In this document: one piece after another, positions 13,030 through 25,825 of the stretch | Position numbering within the stretch: position 1 is the first letter of the stretch | Layout: every line of letters starts with the position of its first letter | DNA from: Octopus bimaculoides | Lineage: Eukaryota | Length of the DNA: 54,153 bases | Direction of reading: 5' to 3' | NCBI RefSeq assembly: GCF_001194135.2 | Contig: NC_068997.1 | Coordinates: forward strand, 55,677,040 to 55,731,192 | Made by a program: the position numbers and the translations under genes | Notes under the pieces: model-generated | Seen by the model: the letters and a program-made list of their open reading frames with translations, nothing else | The model's database searches: none | What the model was told of the DNA's origin: nothing

Positions 13030-13440
13030 TATATGATGCACGTGTACAAACTGTGATGCAGCATGATAGTGAGATGTGGGCATGATAGTGAGATGTGAGA
13101 TGTGGGCAGAAGAAGTGTGAAGGATGGAAAGACCTGAAGGAAGCCTGATCCAATGGATGAGTAATGTTAGTTGTGGATGAGTGATGAAGCAAAGATGAGG
13201 TGAGAGAGAAAAGCAAAGCAGGAATCAGATGTAATGTGCAAGAGAAATGGCTCCACTAACATAGACATGTAATGTGTCAGGAGGATGCCAGATGGATGAC
13301 GAAGTGTTAGAAGATTCATGTGGAAGAAACCAACAGATGAGAAGGACTAAGAAAGACATGGACAGAAGTGGTGCAGCTGATTGCAGGAAAAGACAAAGGA
13401 GTACAACAAATAGCAGGATACTGTGATGGAAAAGACTAAC
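13030..13440 (+). mobile_element. RTE LINE 3' ORF remnant
   Basis: Decayed equivalents of LYDACVRTVMLH.SETW (with a local 19-bp tandem duplication), RWM.NVS, IRCNVQE..L.W.GHVM and RGR..KTW.EVV. Confidence 0.8.
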
Positions 13441-14089
13441 CCCCCCCCCCCCAATTTTTCCATTTTGAGTAAGGACAAATATTGTAACAGCTTAAGCTTC
13501 AAGGCTCAATAGATTTTCAATACCTTACCAAAAAACCCTCAGATGCCTATATAATAAACAGGTGATCCTATCGTTGGTTGTACCCCAGCATGGCCACAGC
13601 CACTGACTGGAACAAATAACAGAAAAATACGAATTTTTAATTCCTTTGTATTTCACTTAGAGTCCAACATCTTAATATTCAGCTGCAACAATGATAACTT
13701 AGTTTCACACATAATTTGTTCAAGTCTGAGGTAATTACTTTATATGTAACTAATTCTATCAAATATTTCTTGATACCTGTAATATGTAATCAGAGAGATT
13801 AGTTGTTATCTCAGCTCATGTTGTAATGTGTTAATATCACAAACTTGTAAAGGACCAATTAGTAGATTCAGTGATAACAATTGGTAAATAACATATAATC
13901 AGTTATATAATTTCAATCAACTAATTTCAGAAAAAGTCTATCTTGCGTCTATTTTACACCAAACCAAGCAGACACCTTTCTGCTTCAGATGATTACATCA
14001 AGTATAAAGATCCACAATAATGATTAGCAAAAACATTTTGATTTCTGATGATTAAACAACCATTTTCTTTAACAGAGTATTATTATCAG

Positions 14090-14370
14090 AAGATGATCTC
14101 ATGGCTGTCTGGTTAAGAAGCTCATTTTGTAACTATATAGTTTTTGGTTTAATCCCACCAGATGGCACCTTAAGCAAGTGTTACCTGTTACAGCCTTTGG
14201 GTTAACCAAAACTTTGTTAGAGAAATTTGCTTGATGGTAACTACACACAGCTCATCATATATTATGAGCAGGTGGGCCTCAGTTAGAATTTTCTTCAAGT
14301 TGAGTAGCCCATCTCACTCAAACAGTCCTTGAGTAAGGCTTGTTTAAGGATGTTTTGTCGATTACAAAAT
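14090..14370 (+). mobile_element. SINE family B head plus a distinct 3' module
   Basis: ATGGCTGTCTGGTTAAGAAGCTC..GGCACCTTAAGCAAGTG head, then GAGTAGCCCATCTCACTCAAACAGTCCTTGAGTAAGGCTTGTTTAAGGATG. Confidence 0.65.
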
Positions 14371-14939
14371 ATAATTTCCAGAACTAGACACAGAATGTTC
14401 ACCCGAAAGGAAGCATGTGTAAAGTTCTGCAAATTACATTTGGAAATTTATTAACTGCAGAGTTATTTCCGGCCTCAGCGCGCCAGATTGAAGACATTTG
14501 AAAAATACACCAAATATCAACATTGGAAGTGATGATGACGATGATGATAACACCATACACACAATTATTTACATGTGTGTATACTTATATCTATGCTTGC
14601 ATGTATGTGTGGATGTCCATTTGTGTTTGTCTCTGTGTAACGCAATATTGATACTTGGTTGTGTTCCAGTGGCATATTTTATGTCAAGCAAAATGGAAAA
14701 TTCCAGCGACTCACCAGATCAATGTTGAGTAATGTACCCTACACATAAACAAGTAAAGACTGAGGCCCTTAAAGTCTACTGCTTAAACAAGTCCCATCAA
14801 TAACTTGTTGGCATGAATTCCTCAAAACTTCTTGAGGCAATATTTTAGGGTTGGATTCCCCGCCAGAAGCCAACCTTCATTTATTTGCAAGTAAAATACT
14901 TATCCCACTGCTGTACACCCGTGGAATTCTTGCTCTGAA

Positions 14940-15115
14940 GATCACATTGTGTATATTCAGCATGCAAACAATCCCAGCTTAGCAAAAGTTGGATGTTGTC
15001 ACAGACACTCAAGGATATTTAAAGAATGGATATTTATGACTATCCATTCATAAGTCTGATGACATGCCTGACTGTAAAACCAGACCAAGGGTTAAACAAC
15101 AAAAATAACAACAGA
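14940..15115 (+). mobile_element. Repeat family E-like copy
   Basis: 3' end ..CATAAGTCTGATGACATGCCTGACTGTAAAACCAGACCAAGGGTTAAACAAC. Confidence 0.45.
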
Positions 15116-15679
15116 CAGAACGTCTAATTCTTTAAATATATGCACACTGAGGCAGACACACAGATATATATATTTGTGTATGGGGTATATACTTTGATAT
15201 ACATGCATCTATGTCTATGTAAAATACAGTTACTGTAATAGTGAAGCAGTTTCTGATACAAAAAACGAAGAAGACCAAAAGAACAATGAAATACAAACTT
15301 GCAACATGAAAGCTGCGATATCACGATATATAACACTCAGATTTTATTTACTTCTAAAAGATGCTGATTTTCGAGTGATTGATTTCTTATTTAGTTTTCT
15401 TCAATATTTTCTTTAACCCTGCTCAGACTTTTGGATGAAAAAACAGAAAAAGCCTGGCAGACGTTGAGGCTATAATCGGTGTGAAAATATTCTAATTATA
15501 GACAAAGTGAAAAGAAAATTACCATTATTTCAAGTATAAAGTAATTGAAAATTAACTGCTATTATTGGAGCTTTAGCTTATAACCTTATTTAAGTCAATA
15601 TTAGGTTGATGCAGATTTTTGGAGCCTTACTGAATACCCCCTACCTCCATCACTTGTACATATACATACATGCATGCAC

Positions 15680-15720
<41 letters not shown>

Positions 15721-16564
15721 TATATATTTTATATATATACATCATGTGCTTGTATGGTTGGATGGCTATTTGCATATGTGTATATTCTGTCAAGAAAAAA
15801 TTATGCAAACAAGGATGAAAGAAAGGTGTATTGATATGAGGCATAAAGTCTAAAAATATTAACAGGAAACTGAAAAGTTCACTCATTGTTGCGCAGAGTC
15901 TCCTGCTTCTGGAAACAAGAAATGCAAAACTCGGACTAAGAGTAAGTGAAGTTTTCCACTTCCAATAATGGTTTATGCATACACACACATATATATTATA
16001 TAAACTCACTCTCAGGTATATTATACAAATATGCATATAGACATATATAAGTGTGTACGAAGTGTGCATGTGTGAATGTGTTTGTGTGAGTGTGTTTGTG
16101 TGCCTGTGTGTGTGCCTGTGTGTGTGCAAGTGTGTGGGTGTGTGTGTGCAAGTGTGATTAGACAATGTGCCAGCAAGGGAGTTTTCTTTTATTGTTTTCT
16201 CCCTCTCTCTACTCTCAGACCTTCCTCCATATTCATATGTTCCCATATTGTGTTACGTTTGTTTATAGGCTGAATGAAAATAAAACAAATTTATTGGCAT
16301 TTCCAGAATGTATTATTATAAAGACACATTGTGTGAATGGCTGCATACAAACACACACACACACATGTGCATGCACACACAATACACATGTGCACACACA
16401 CACACACACAAATATGTGTGTGTGTGTGTGTGGGGGGCCATATACAAGTTTATGCAAATCCATGTCTATATCTGTTTTTATTATGTATAGTTTCTGTAAA
16501 ACCAGTGTTTTCTAAAAAAAGCCTAATTTAGAGATTTCATTTCATTATACATACATACATATAC

Positions 16565-16740
16565 GTCATCTTCATCATCATTTAACGTTTATTTTCAATG
16601 CTGGCATGGGTTGGATGGTTTGACAAGGAACTGGCAAGCTGAAGAGCTACACTAGGCTCCAGTTGTCTGTTTTGGCATGGTTTCTACAGCTGGATGCCCT
16701 TCCTAATGCCAACCACTTTACAGAGCGTACTTGGTGTTTT
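16565..16740 (-). mobile_element. Family C RTE-like tail
   Basis: CATCATCATTTAACG..GGTTTCTACAGCTGGATGCCCTTCCTAATGCCAACCAC. Confidence 0.8.
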
Positions 16741-17869
16741 TTTTTTTATGCACACACACACACACACACACTCACTGCTGACATTGCTCTTCAGATGTTC
16801 AGGTTTGTCTCTGATCCATTGAAGCAATTTCATCAATTAAAGGAAAACTATAAATGTCAAGGGCACAGTTGCTTTTCCACTGATTAACTGAGAAAAGGGG
16901 ACACAAATACACATACATCCACACACACACACACATACACACACACACACACACAGATGCATACCAATGTACTTCAAAGTATGTTGGTTATATCACACAA
17001 AAATAAAATTGAAAGAATCAGTCTTGTTTGCAGGAGTTTCATTCAAACCAGCAACAAACAATAACCTTCAACATTAAATGGTGTTTCTTTAAATGGTAAT
17101 GTCCATGAATTTGGTGCCAAGTTGAAGAATTGTTAGAGTTACCGTTATATGTTTAAACATTTTAATTAAATGTACTCTGGTCTAAAAGAATCAAGGCAAC
17201 GAGAGATGACAAGATAACGAGTGTGTAATGTTAATCAGAGAAATTTGAAATATCGATATCTAAGAATACAGCGCAAACAAGAATTCCTCTTTTATAGGTT
17301 ATGCTTCTAATAACTCAGAGAAGGACATCTGAGGATTATCATCATCATCATCATCAACATAATCATTGTTATTATTATTATTACTATTATTATCATTATT
17401 ATTATTTGCTGAACAATGAAGAAAGTAATATGGCACACAAAAAAAAAGAAGTTAAATACAATAAAAATAAATGTATAAGAAACAAAGTTTACAGCTAAGA
17501 TTTTAGCAATCAATGTCTGCCATAAGGAAAACAGCTGCGTGCACAGATTATTAATATGGAAATGGAAGTTGAAGATGAAAAACAAGGGACATAACTGATT
17601 TCGAAAATGATATTAAAAAAAAAGAGAGAAAATACAATGAAGCAAGTTTCACAGCAATATCTAAAGACAACACACTAAAGTTATTACTTACTAACGTATA
17701 TTTGTATTATTATCTTTTAAAATTCCAATCATATAGAAAGGAAAAAGAGATTTTTTTTTTATTGGCAGCAGAATTTTCAATTGTTTTGGTTTGGAATTTA
17801 CTTGTTTCAAAGTTTGCATAATTTTCATTATATAATTATCGTTAAGTAATTACCATAAATAATCTCTAT

Positions 17870-18040
17870 TCGATGGAGAAGTTATCTTGGGATAAACAGT
17901 AAACTCTTGCTTTAAATTAATATAATGAAACAATTTATGTAGTTACATTGTTTGCAAGAAAAAGTAGCCAAGCTGTCCTCAAATCAAGGCTTACCGTTTT
18001 CCAAAAAGAAGAGAACATTAGCTAATGTAATCCTTCATAA
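17870..18040 (+). mobile_element. Repeat family E copy (diverged)
   Basis: TTGCAAGAAAAAGTAGCCAAGCTGTCCTCAAATCAAGGCTTACC..GAACATTAGCTAATGTAATCC. Confidence 0.55.
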
Positions 18041-18044
18041 TCGT

Positions 18045-18371
18045 CAACATGATCGTCATCCTCATCATCGTCATTAGTGTTTTAACGTCCACTTTTGTAG
18101 GCTTGCATGGATCAGGTGGAATTCATTGAGGCAGAATTTTTTTCAGCCTGATTCCATTCTTGTCACCATCCCTCAATTGTTTCCCATGACTGGACATGTT
18201 TACATGGAAAATTATAAACAATGGACAATGCTTACATGATAGTGACACTTGCTTACAATTATCAGGTGTGTACACACACACACACACACGTGCATGCATG
18301 ATCGCACATATACATATATGCATATATATGTATGTGCGTGTGTGTGTATGAATATTTACATATATGTGCAC

Positions 18372-18420
<49 letters not shown>

Positions 18421-18570
18421 GGTTCTTTCAGTTTCTGTCCACCAAATCCATGTATAAGACTTTGGTCAGCCCAGGGCTAAAGTAGAAGACACTTGCCCAA
18501 GATGCCATGCAGTAGGACTGAACTTGAAACCACATGGCTGGTAAGCAAATTACTGAACCGCAGAGATATA
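18045..18570 (-). mobile_element. Composite SINE: B head, central (TA/TG)n, RTE-like tail
   Basis: B head at 18410-18570, microsatellite at 18270-18410, tail ending (GAT)n at about 18045; homologous to 30400-30770. Confidence 0.75.
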
Positions 18571-19554
18571 TTTGCACTTATAAAAAAACAAAAAGAAAGA
18601 AAGAAAAATAATATGGAATGGTCAAACCTGGAATGCTTTCCATTATAGGTCAACTCAGTCAGGTTTTACCTGGAACTAAACAACAAATAACAATGGGAAG
18701 GGTTTTGCTTAGGGAAGAGGGGTTTTAGCTCTCCTCCCCTTAAAAGAACTATTTCTCTCAAGTTCCCCCCTCATATTCTAAATATTTCTTAAGTTTATCC
18801 AAATGTTCAATAATGGAAAGTTTTCATTTCTCTCACAAAAGCACATTAGTTAAACAAGGTAAAAAGCTAAATTTTTATGAATTACATTTTATTAATTACA
18901 GGAACATCTTTAGCAGTTAAAAAACTGATTAATTAAAAATAACCAGAGGTGGAGGAAACAAAGGGGTTTAGTTCAGAGGGAATTATTCAACATTCTTTAA
19001 AAAAAAAAATAATAATGTTCAAAATCTGAACTTGTATTTATTTTCAGTAAACAAGGGCAAATTATATACGGCAGCTACTGTTAAAATAATGTTCATGAGT
19101 TTGAAAGTATTAAAAATGGTGTTGTATGCTGTGTGAATAAAACATCTGTTTTTAAGAGAAGCAGAGGGGAAAATGGTATTTGATCTATGACCTGGCAGAA
19201 GAATAACAGCTAAGATAAAGAAGATTAAATGTGAAAATGTGAGGTTTTAATTAGCTTTTAAACAATGTTTCACAGCAATACTAATAAAAATATATACAAT
19301 GAAACAATTAATTGCAGAGAAGACAAAAAAAAAAAAAAACAAGAAATCAGCTACCAATGATATCAGACAAGAAAAANNNNNNNNNNACATTATTGTAACA
19401 GATTAAAAGACAACACATTCCATCAAACTGAGAATTAAGGGTTGGTGAAGAAAATCTCAATCATCAGTGAAATTTCAGATGCATTAAAATTTGAAACTGG
19501 ATGTGGGAAAAGTCTCTAAGAAAAAACAAGAAAGAAAACCACTAAAAAAAAACA

Positions 19555-19680
19555 GATGCTGGGATGGCTGTGTAGTAAGAAGTTTGCTTCCCAACCACAT
19601 GGTTCTAGGTTCAGTCTTGCTGCATGGCCCCTTAGGCAAGTATCTTCTACTATAATCCTGGGCCAACGAAAGCCGTGTAT
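19555..19680 (+). mobile_element. SINE family B head
   Basis: GGATGGCTGTGTAGTAAGAAGTTTGCTTCCCAACCACATGGTTCTAGGTTCAGTC (A-box-like and B-box-like motifs). Confidence 0.8.
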
Positions 19681-19710
19681 TAGCTTGACGCTCGGGAAAA
19701 ATGAAAAAGT

Positions 19711-19746
19711 CTTTCATGTTTCGAGCCTGCATTCTTCAACAGAAAG
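19711..19746 (-). ncRNA. Decayed minimal hammerhead ribozyme motif in a probable Penelope pLTR fragment (about 19680-19810)
   Basis: Minus strand CTTT-CTGTTGA-A-GAATGCAGGCTC-GAAAC-ATG-AAAG: helix I CTTT/AAAG, but A6 is mutated to T and the cleavage triplet is degenerate. Confidence 0.45.
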
Positions 19747-20289
19747 GAATAAGAGAAAATAAACAAAGAGAGAATGAAGAAAACTTGTAGATTTCAGCAG
19801 TCCAGCATGGTGAATATNNNNNNNNNNNNNNNNNNNNNNNNNNNNNNNNNNNNNNNNNNNNNNNNNNNNNNNNNNNNNNNNNNNNNNNNNNNNNNNNNNN
19901 NNNNNNNNNNNNNNNNNNNNNNNNNNNNNNNNNNNNNNNNNNNNNNNNNNNNNNNNNNNNNNNNNNNNNNNNNNNNNNNNNNNNNNNNNNNNNNNNNNNN
20001 NNNNNNNNNNNNNNNNNNNNNNNNNNNNNNNNNNNNNNNNNNNNNNNNNNNNNNNNNNNNNNNNNNNNNNNNNNNNNNNNNNNNNNNNNNNNNNNNNNNN
20101 NNNNNNNNNNNNNNNNNNNNNNNNNNNNNNNNNNNNNNNNNNNNNNNNNNNNNNNNNNNNNNNNNNNNNNNNNNNNNNNNNNNNNNNNNNNNNNNNNNNN
20201 NNNNNNNNNNNNNNNNNNNNNNNNNNNNNNNNNNNNNNNNNNNNNNNNNNNNNNNNNNNNNNNNNNNNNNNNNNNNNNNTATATATATA

Positions 20290-20545
20290 TAAAGTCGTTG
20301 TCGTGGCCGATGGACAGTACTGCCTGACTGGTCCAGTGCTGGTGGCATGTAAAAAGCACTATTCCAGTGTGGTCGATGCCAGTAATGCTTGACTGGCCCT
20401 CATAAAACCCCAGTACCAATTGTTCTTTTTTAAACCTGATACTTATTCTATCAGTCTGTTTTTGCCAAATGGCTAAGTTACAGACACACCAACACTATTT
20501 GTCAAGCAGTAGTGGGGGCGGGGGACAAGCACACACAAATATAGA
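20290..20545. mobile_element. Fragments of family C (internal unit) and family D
   Basis: GTGCTGGTGGCATGTAAAAAGCAC, then GATACTTATTCTATCAGTCTG..GGCTAAGTTACAGACACACCAACAC. Confidence 0.65.
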
Positions 20546-20984
20546 TAAACACATATATTTATAAGACATCCATTTGATATATATATATATATATATATCC
20601 CTTAAATTTGTTTACAAGAAACATTTTGAATATGCAAATAAAGCTCCTATTTCATTATTGTGGCCACTGTCTAATAATGCTGACTGGGGAATCAGAATTT
20701 TGGGGGTTGCATCGAGCTGTGCCGATATAATGTAGGATAATATAATAATAATAACAACAATGATCCTTCGATGAAATTTATAAATTATTTCAATGCATTG
20801 CTGCACACATTTCCACACATCATGTGTCTCTTAAGATCATAATCCGTATTCCTAGGATGATTACAGTGTAGTCCATAGTATCCATGGGAACTGGGTTGAT
20901 CATCTTCAAGAATTCATTCCTTCAGATGATATAACATTAATGAATGTTTAACTGAGAGTTGTTTATCTCTTTTATATACAATGT

Positions 20985-21130
20985 GATTCTTTCAGTTTCT
21001 GTCTACTAAATCCACTCACAAGGCTTTGGTTGACCTGAGGCTATAGTAGTACCATATGGTTCCAAGACTGAACCTAAAAACCACATGGTTGGGTAGCAAT
21101 CCTCTTACTCCGTAGCCATACCTGTGCCTA
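20985..21130 (-). mobile_element. SINE family B head
   Basis: CTTTCAGTTTCTGTCTACTAAATCCACTCACAAGGCTTTGGTTGACCTGAGGCTATAG..AACCACATGGTTGGGTAGCAA. Confidence 0.8.
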
Positions 21131-21134
21131 TGGT

Positions 21135-21420
21135 ATGATGAATTTTTTCTCATAATTGAACCTAATGCTTCGATAATAACTGGTATAATTCTCACTTTGC
21201 AGATGGGTCTCCCCCTGTTCTTGGTAGTTCTTTCTTTTAAATCAGCAAATTTCAAGACATTTTCTATTTTCTGTGCAATGTTTTTAATTGAAAGGATTGC
21301 AGTGTCTGTCATGAGACATTCTGATATTTTTAAACACTTTTATTGTTTTTGTTATATATAATGATATCCAGAACTGTATTTCGGAAAAAGCAATCATTTT
21401 ATACCATAATAAGTTATCAC
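21135..21420 (-). mobile_element. R4/Dong-type LINE restriction-like endonuclease (RLE) remnant
   Basis: LDIIIYNKNNK / TDTAI..KIENVLKFADLK..KVRIIPVIIEALGSI matches RLE PDII..K..K.C..ID.A.P..EK..KY.DL..V.V.PV.IGALG. Confidence 0.75.
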
Positions 21421-21744
21421 AGCCGAAGTACGCCTTCATTTCTTGCAACAATTGCAACTCATTATTCACAGAGGACAAAAAAGAAAATATATTTTTTTAA
21501 ATGTCTGACTGGATTCAAACTCATTATTCCAAGCTATTATTTCAGCACCTGTATTGGTTTTTCAATTATTGTTTTGATTCAGGAGAAATCTTATGAGAAT
21601 GAACTTAGTTGACCATATTATAGAATATTGTCATAACAATAAAGTGTCATTAATCAATCACAGACAAATAAGCTGGGATGTATGCAACAATTTCAGAGCA
21701 AAAGAAACCAGTTATATGTTGAATGAACAAAATTGAATACAAGC

Positions 21745-21950
21745 CAAGGTAGGAGTCTCTATACAGCTGCTCAACCTGCTAGAAATAGCAGCAAAACTTT
21801 ACCTATTTAAAAAAAAATAAAGACATATTTGAGAATGTAGTAAGGATTATAGTAAAGAAAAGGATAAAAAGGTATAATGGAAGCTGGAATTCCTTTGATA
21901 ATAGGCTGGCTCAGTCAGAGCTAGCTTGGACTAAACTGCCAGAAGAGAAT
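21745..21950 (+). mobile_element. Repeat family E copy
   Basis: GGAGTCTCTATACAGCTGCTCAACCTGCTAGAAATAGCAGC..GCTGGAATTCCTTTGATAATAGG. Confidence 0.7.
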
Positions 21951-22249
21951 TGGTTAGACAAGGAAATGAAAAAAAAAGAATCAAAGAATATCTGTAGAAA
22001 AGTATTTATTTAACTGTCACAAATGTTGTTTGGAACTGGCAATAATTTGTAAAATGTACCAGAACTTCACTAAACTGCTTTAGATGATCATATAATAAGA
22101 GCAAACATAGACATTCTCTTGGCTCTTCCATTCTTGAACCAGAAAGAAAGGAAGAGAGAGAGAGTGTGTGTGTGTGAGTTGAGGCTGATCCAAGACTCAG
22201 CTGGTACTCATCTCAGGCAAGTAGACGTTAAATGAAGTAGACATTAAAT

Positions 22250-22460
22250 GAAGCATGCCAGGCGAAATGCTAAGTATTATATTATTTCGTCTGCCATTAG
22301 GTTCTGAGTTCAAATTGCGCCGAGGTTGACTTTGCCTTTCACCCTTTCGGGGTTGATTAAATAAGCACCAGTTATGCACTGGGGTCAATGTAATCGACTT
22401 AATCCCATTGTCTGTCCTTGTTTGTCCCCCCTACGTTTAGCCCCCTGGAGGCAATAAAGA
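22250..22460 (+). mobile_element. SINE family A (CpG-retaining, relatively young)
   Basis: GCCAGGCGAAATGC..GTTCTGAGTTCAAATTGCGCCGAGGTTGACTTTGCCTTTCACCCTTTCGGGGTTGA. Confidence 0.85.
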
Positions 22461-23654
22461 ACTAACAGATTATTGAGGTTGGTTGTCACTTGGTGTCTAG
22501 TCTTTCTTCGGATGAGACTTAGGGCATTTCACCATTCATGGTGGTTCTTTGCCATTTGACTCAGACAACAAAAAAGAAACTCATCAATCAGCCTTACCAT
22601 TATTTGTCATTTATTCCAGCATCAATTCATTCTTGACTTGATGCTCTTCCCATCACCAACCAGTTTACATTATTGACTGGATATAATAGCATTAGATTAC
22701 TCTGTTTGGTGTATCATGATGGCAAATACATAATTGGCTGGTATTAACTTTCTCTAAAATACATAAACTACAAGATATGAATATATAAAAATGAATGGAA
22801 ATATATGTTCATAATCAGCATTATATTTTTACAAGTAGTTTTATATTTTAAGGTTATTTTGTGAATATATTCATATCCATTGTACCATTAATATTTATAT
22901 AGAAATATCAGTTTTTTTCGAATAACTTGAGTAATTATATCAACGCACATGATGAATTTAATGCATGCTTGTATACATATATAAATATATATATACAAGC
23001 ATACATACATGTATGCTTATATGAAAATACATACGCACACACATTTATATAGGCATACATGTATATATACATACATGTATGTATCTATTATAATATTTGC
23101 AACTATCACAGTATAAGCCGGGATACAGCAGTGTAATAACACTATGTAGAACCAGATGAAATTAAAAGATAATTATATTTATGTGAGTGCGTGTGGGGGT
23201 ACATATGTATATATGCATATTTATATAAAATATATATTTATGTACATGTTGTGCCGATATACACATATGTTTATATGTATTGTATTGTACATGATATCCT
23301 CAGTGTGTTATAAATACAAGGGTACTTTTTAATTTTGTGTTTCATATTATGAAACACAATAGCTACTTAATCTATCATTATTAATTCATCTTTCAGAATT
23401 TAAATGATTTTTTTTTTGGAACTTTTGTATTTTATTTCTGAAGGGAGAGTGGGGAGGAGGACGGGGTGACATTAATGAAGGAATTTCTGGAATGTTGCAA
23501 AATGGTTTTAACATTTCTTAAACTATTATATAAACTATTCATGATGTAGATATACCATATAAATGCATTTCCAAAGAATACTCACTCTGAGTGAGTGTGT
23601 TTGTACTCATATAAATATATCATGCCAGCATGGAAAGCGGGCATTAAACGATGA

Positions 23655-23656
23655 TA

Positions 23657-23691
<35 letters not shown>

Positions 23692-23709
23692 GCATGTATG
23701 CATGTATGC

Positions 23710-23768
<59 letters not shown>

Positions 23769-23891
23769 TGAATATTATGTGTGTGTGTGTGTATTATATA
23801 TATGTGTGTGTATGTATATTATATATATATGTGTGTATATTATATATATATATTTGTGTGTATATAATATATATATGTGTGTGCATATTAT

Positions 23892-23951
<60 letters not shown>

Positions 23952-23960
23952 ATATATATC
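23655..23960. repeat. Compound (TG/TA/TATG)n microsatellite
   Basis: Directly visible. Confidence 0.95.
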
Positions 23961-23974
23961 TTATCTATAAAAGG

Positions 23975-24045
23975 CAGATTTTTCTAAAGGTGGTGCTCCA
24001 GCATGGCTGCAGTCAAATGACTGAAACAAGTAAAAGATGAAAGAA
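23975..24045 (+). mobile_element. 3' end of family D module (SINE sense)
   Basis: AAAGGTGGTGCTCCAGCATGGCTGCAGTCAAATGACTGAAACAAGTAAAAGA. Confidence 0.75.
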
Positions 24046-25274
24046 TATGTGTAGAAAGTGAGAGAGCGAGAGAAAGAGAGAGAGAGACGGCAATGATGAC
24101 GAGTATGATGATGATGATGACGACGACGACAATGATTATGATGGTGATGATGATGATGCTGATGTGATGTCAATAGAGTTTGCTGAATGACAGCTGAATT
24201 CTTCTGACTTTTACCAGAATCATATATATATATGAGAATGTTTCAATGCTTTTGAAGAACTGAATCAATTCAGCTCTCATTTTATTTCCAAACATGAAAT
24301 TATAAGATAAAAGACAACAGTAATATTCAGATATCTAGGCAAAATAATATTTCAGTGAGAATAAGGAAGAATCGGAAGCTTAAATAACTCATGTCAACTT
24401 TCTTGAGGAAACCAGCAAAAATGGAGCCAAAATTCTATCATTGCATAGATTCCTCTAAAGATGTGGAAATAGCAATTGTTGTGGAATACAAGTGACATTT
24501 CAGCTCTTATGAAAAATTGATAAACCATTTCTAAGTACGAGGTATTCTTCCTAACTATTATGTTGCTATCTAACGTAATTTTAGGCTTCTATTTGATCTG
24601 TTTTTGTACAGAAGATCAAGACAAATGTTTGAAGTATAAAATAGCAAGAAAAAAAAACAAGAAGAAAAACAGTAAAAGAAAAAACCAGTAACAATTGGCT
24701 GTGATGAGGAACATTGAAAAATATTTGAATACTTAATAAAGTAATCTCCAAGAAGAAAAATTCCAGATACCAAAATAAGAGAAAAGCTGGTTATTGTGTT
24801 GCCTTTATTCCTTTTTTTTTTATGAGTGTGTGTGTTATCAATGACAGCCTATCACGTCATCTGCAACATTTTCTGGTAATTTCAAGATGAAAATAAACGA
24901 ATAAATAAAGTTAGGAAGCACAAACAAAACAAAGAAAAATGCAAGATATCAATTGAGATGATTAGGTTATTAATAATAATAATAATAATAATGACTAAAT
25001 GAATGAAAGAGCTATCATGACACTAAAGTAATACCAAAGTTAACTAAACAGCTACTTAAAAGACATTAGGAGAGGTGATGCGGGAATATGGTGGTGGTGA
25101 TGATGGTGGTGGTGGTGAGAACTGTGTAAGATGATAAACATAACAAGGGAAATTACCATCACATCATCACTACCACCACCATCATCATCATCATCATCAT
25201 CATGCTATAAGAAGAATTCCCCTTCCAAGACACTTACCACAGCAAAAGTATTTCCATTTTTGATTTAAAGAAAG

Positions 25275-25338
<64 letters not shown>

Positions 25339-25350
25339 ATTATCATTATT
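25275..25350. repeat. (ATT)n microsatellite
   Basis: Directly visible. Confidence 0.95.
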
Positions 25351-25354
25351 ATTG

Positions 25355-25590
25355 CTAAGTTTAAGGCAATGAGCTGGCACAATTATTAGCATGCCAAGCA
25401 AAATGTTTAGAAGCATTTTGTCTGTTTTTATGTTCTGAGTTCAAATTCCACTGAGGTGCACTTTGCTGGTCATCCTTTTGGGGGTTGATAAATTAACTAC
25501 CAGTTAAACACTGGGATCAATGTAGTCAACTAGCCCCCTGCCCCACAAGCCTCAGGCCTTGTGCCAATAGTGGAAATGATTATTATTATT
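25355..25590 (+). mobile_element. SINE family A (first of a tandem pair)
   Basis: AAGGCAATGAGCTGGCAC..CTGAGTTCAAATTCCACTGAGG..GGCCTTGTGCCAATAGTGGAAATG(ATT)n. Confidence 0.85.
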
Positions 25591-25594
25591 AATA

Positions 25595-25791
25595 AGTTTG
25601 TGAGCTGGAAGGATCATTAGCATGCTGGACAATGTGCTTACCAGCATTTTGTGCATTCTTACGCCCCAGGTTCAAATTCTGCCAAGGTTGACTTTGCCTT
25701 TCATTCTTTTGAGGTCAATGAAATAAGTACCACTTGAGTGCTGGGGGTTGATTTAATTGAACTAACCCCCACCACACAAAATTTCAGGCCT

Positions 25792-25824
<33 letters not shown>

Positions 25825-25825
25825 A
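25595..25825 (+). mobile_element. SINE family A (second of the pair, (ACT)n tail)
   Basis: GTGAGCTGGAAGGATCATTAGC..GGTTCAAATTCTGCCAAGGTTGACTTTGCCTTTC..TCAGGCCTT(ACT)n. Confidence 0.85.

Noticed and set aside
20620-20740. Protein-like minus-strand peptide LDATPKILIPQSALLDSGHNNEIGALFAYSK
   Set aside because: Splice signals are weak, it is flanked by SINE pieces and no family is recognisable.
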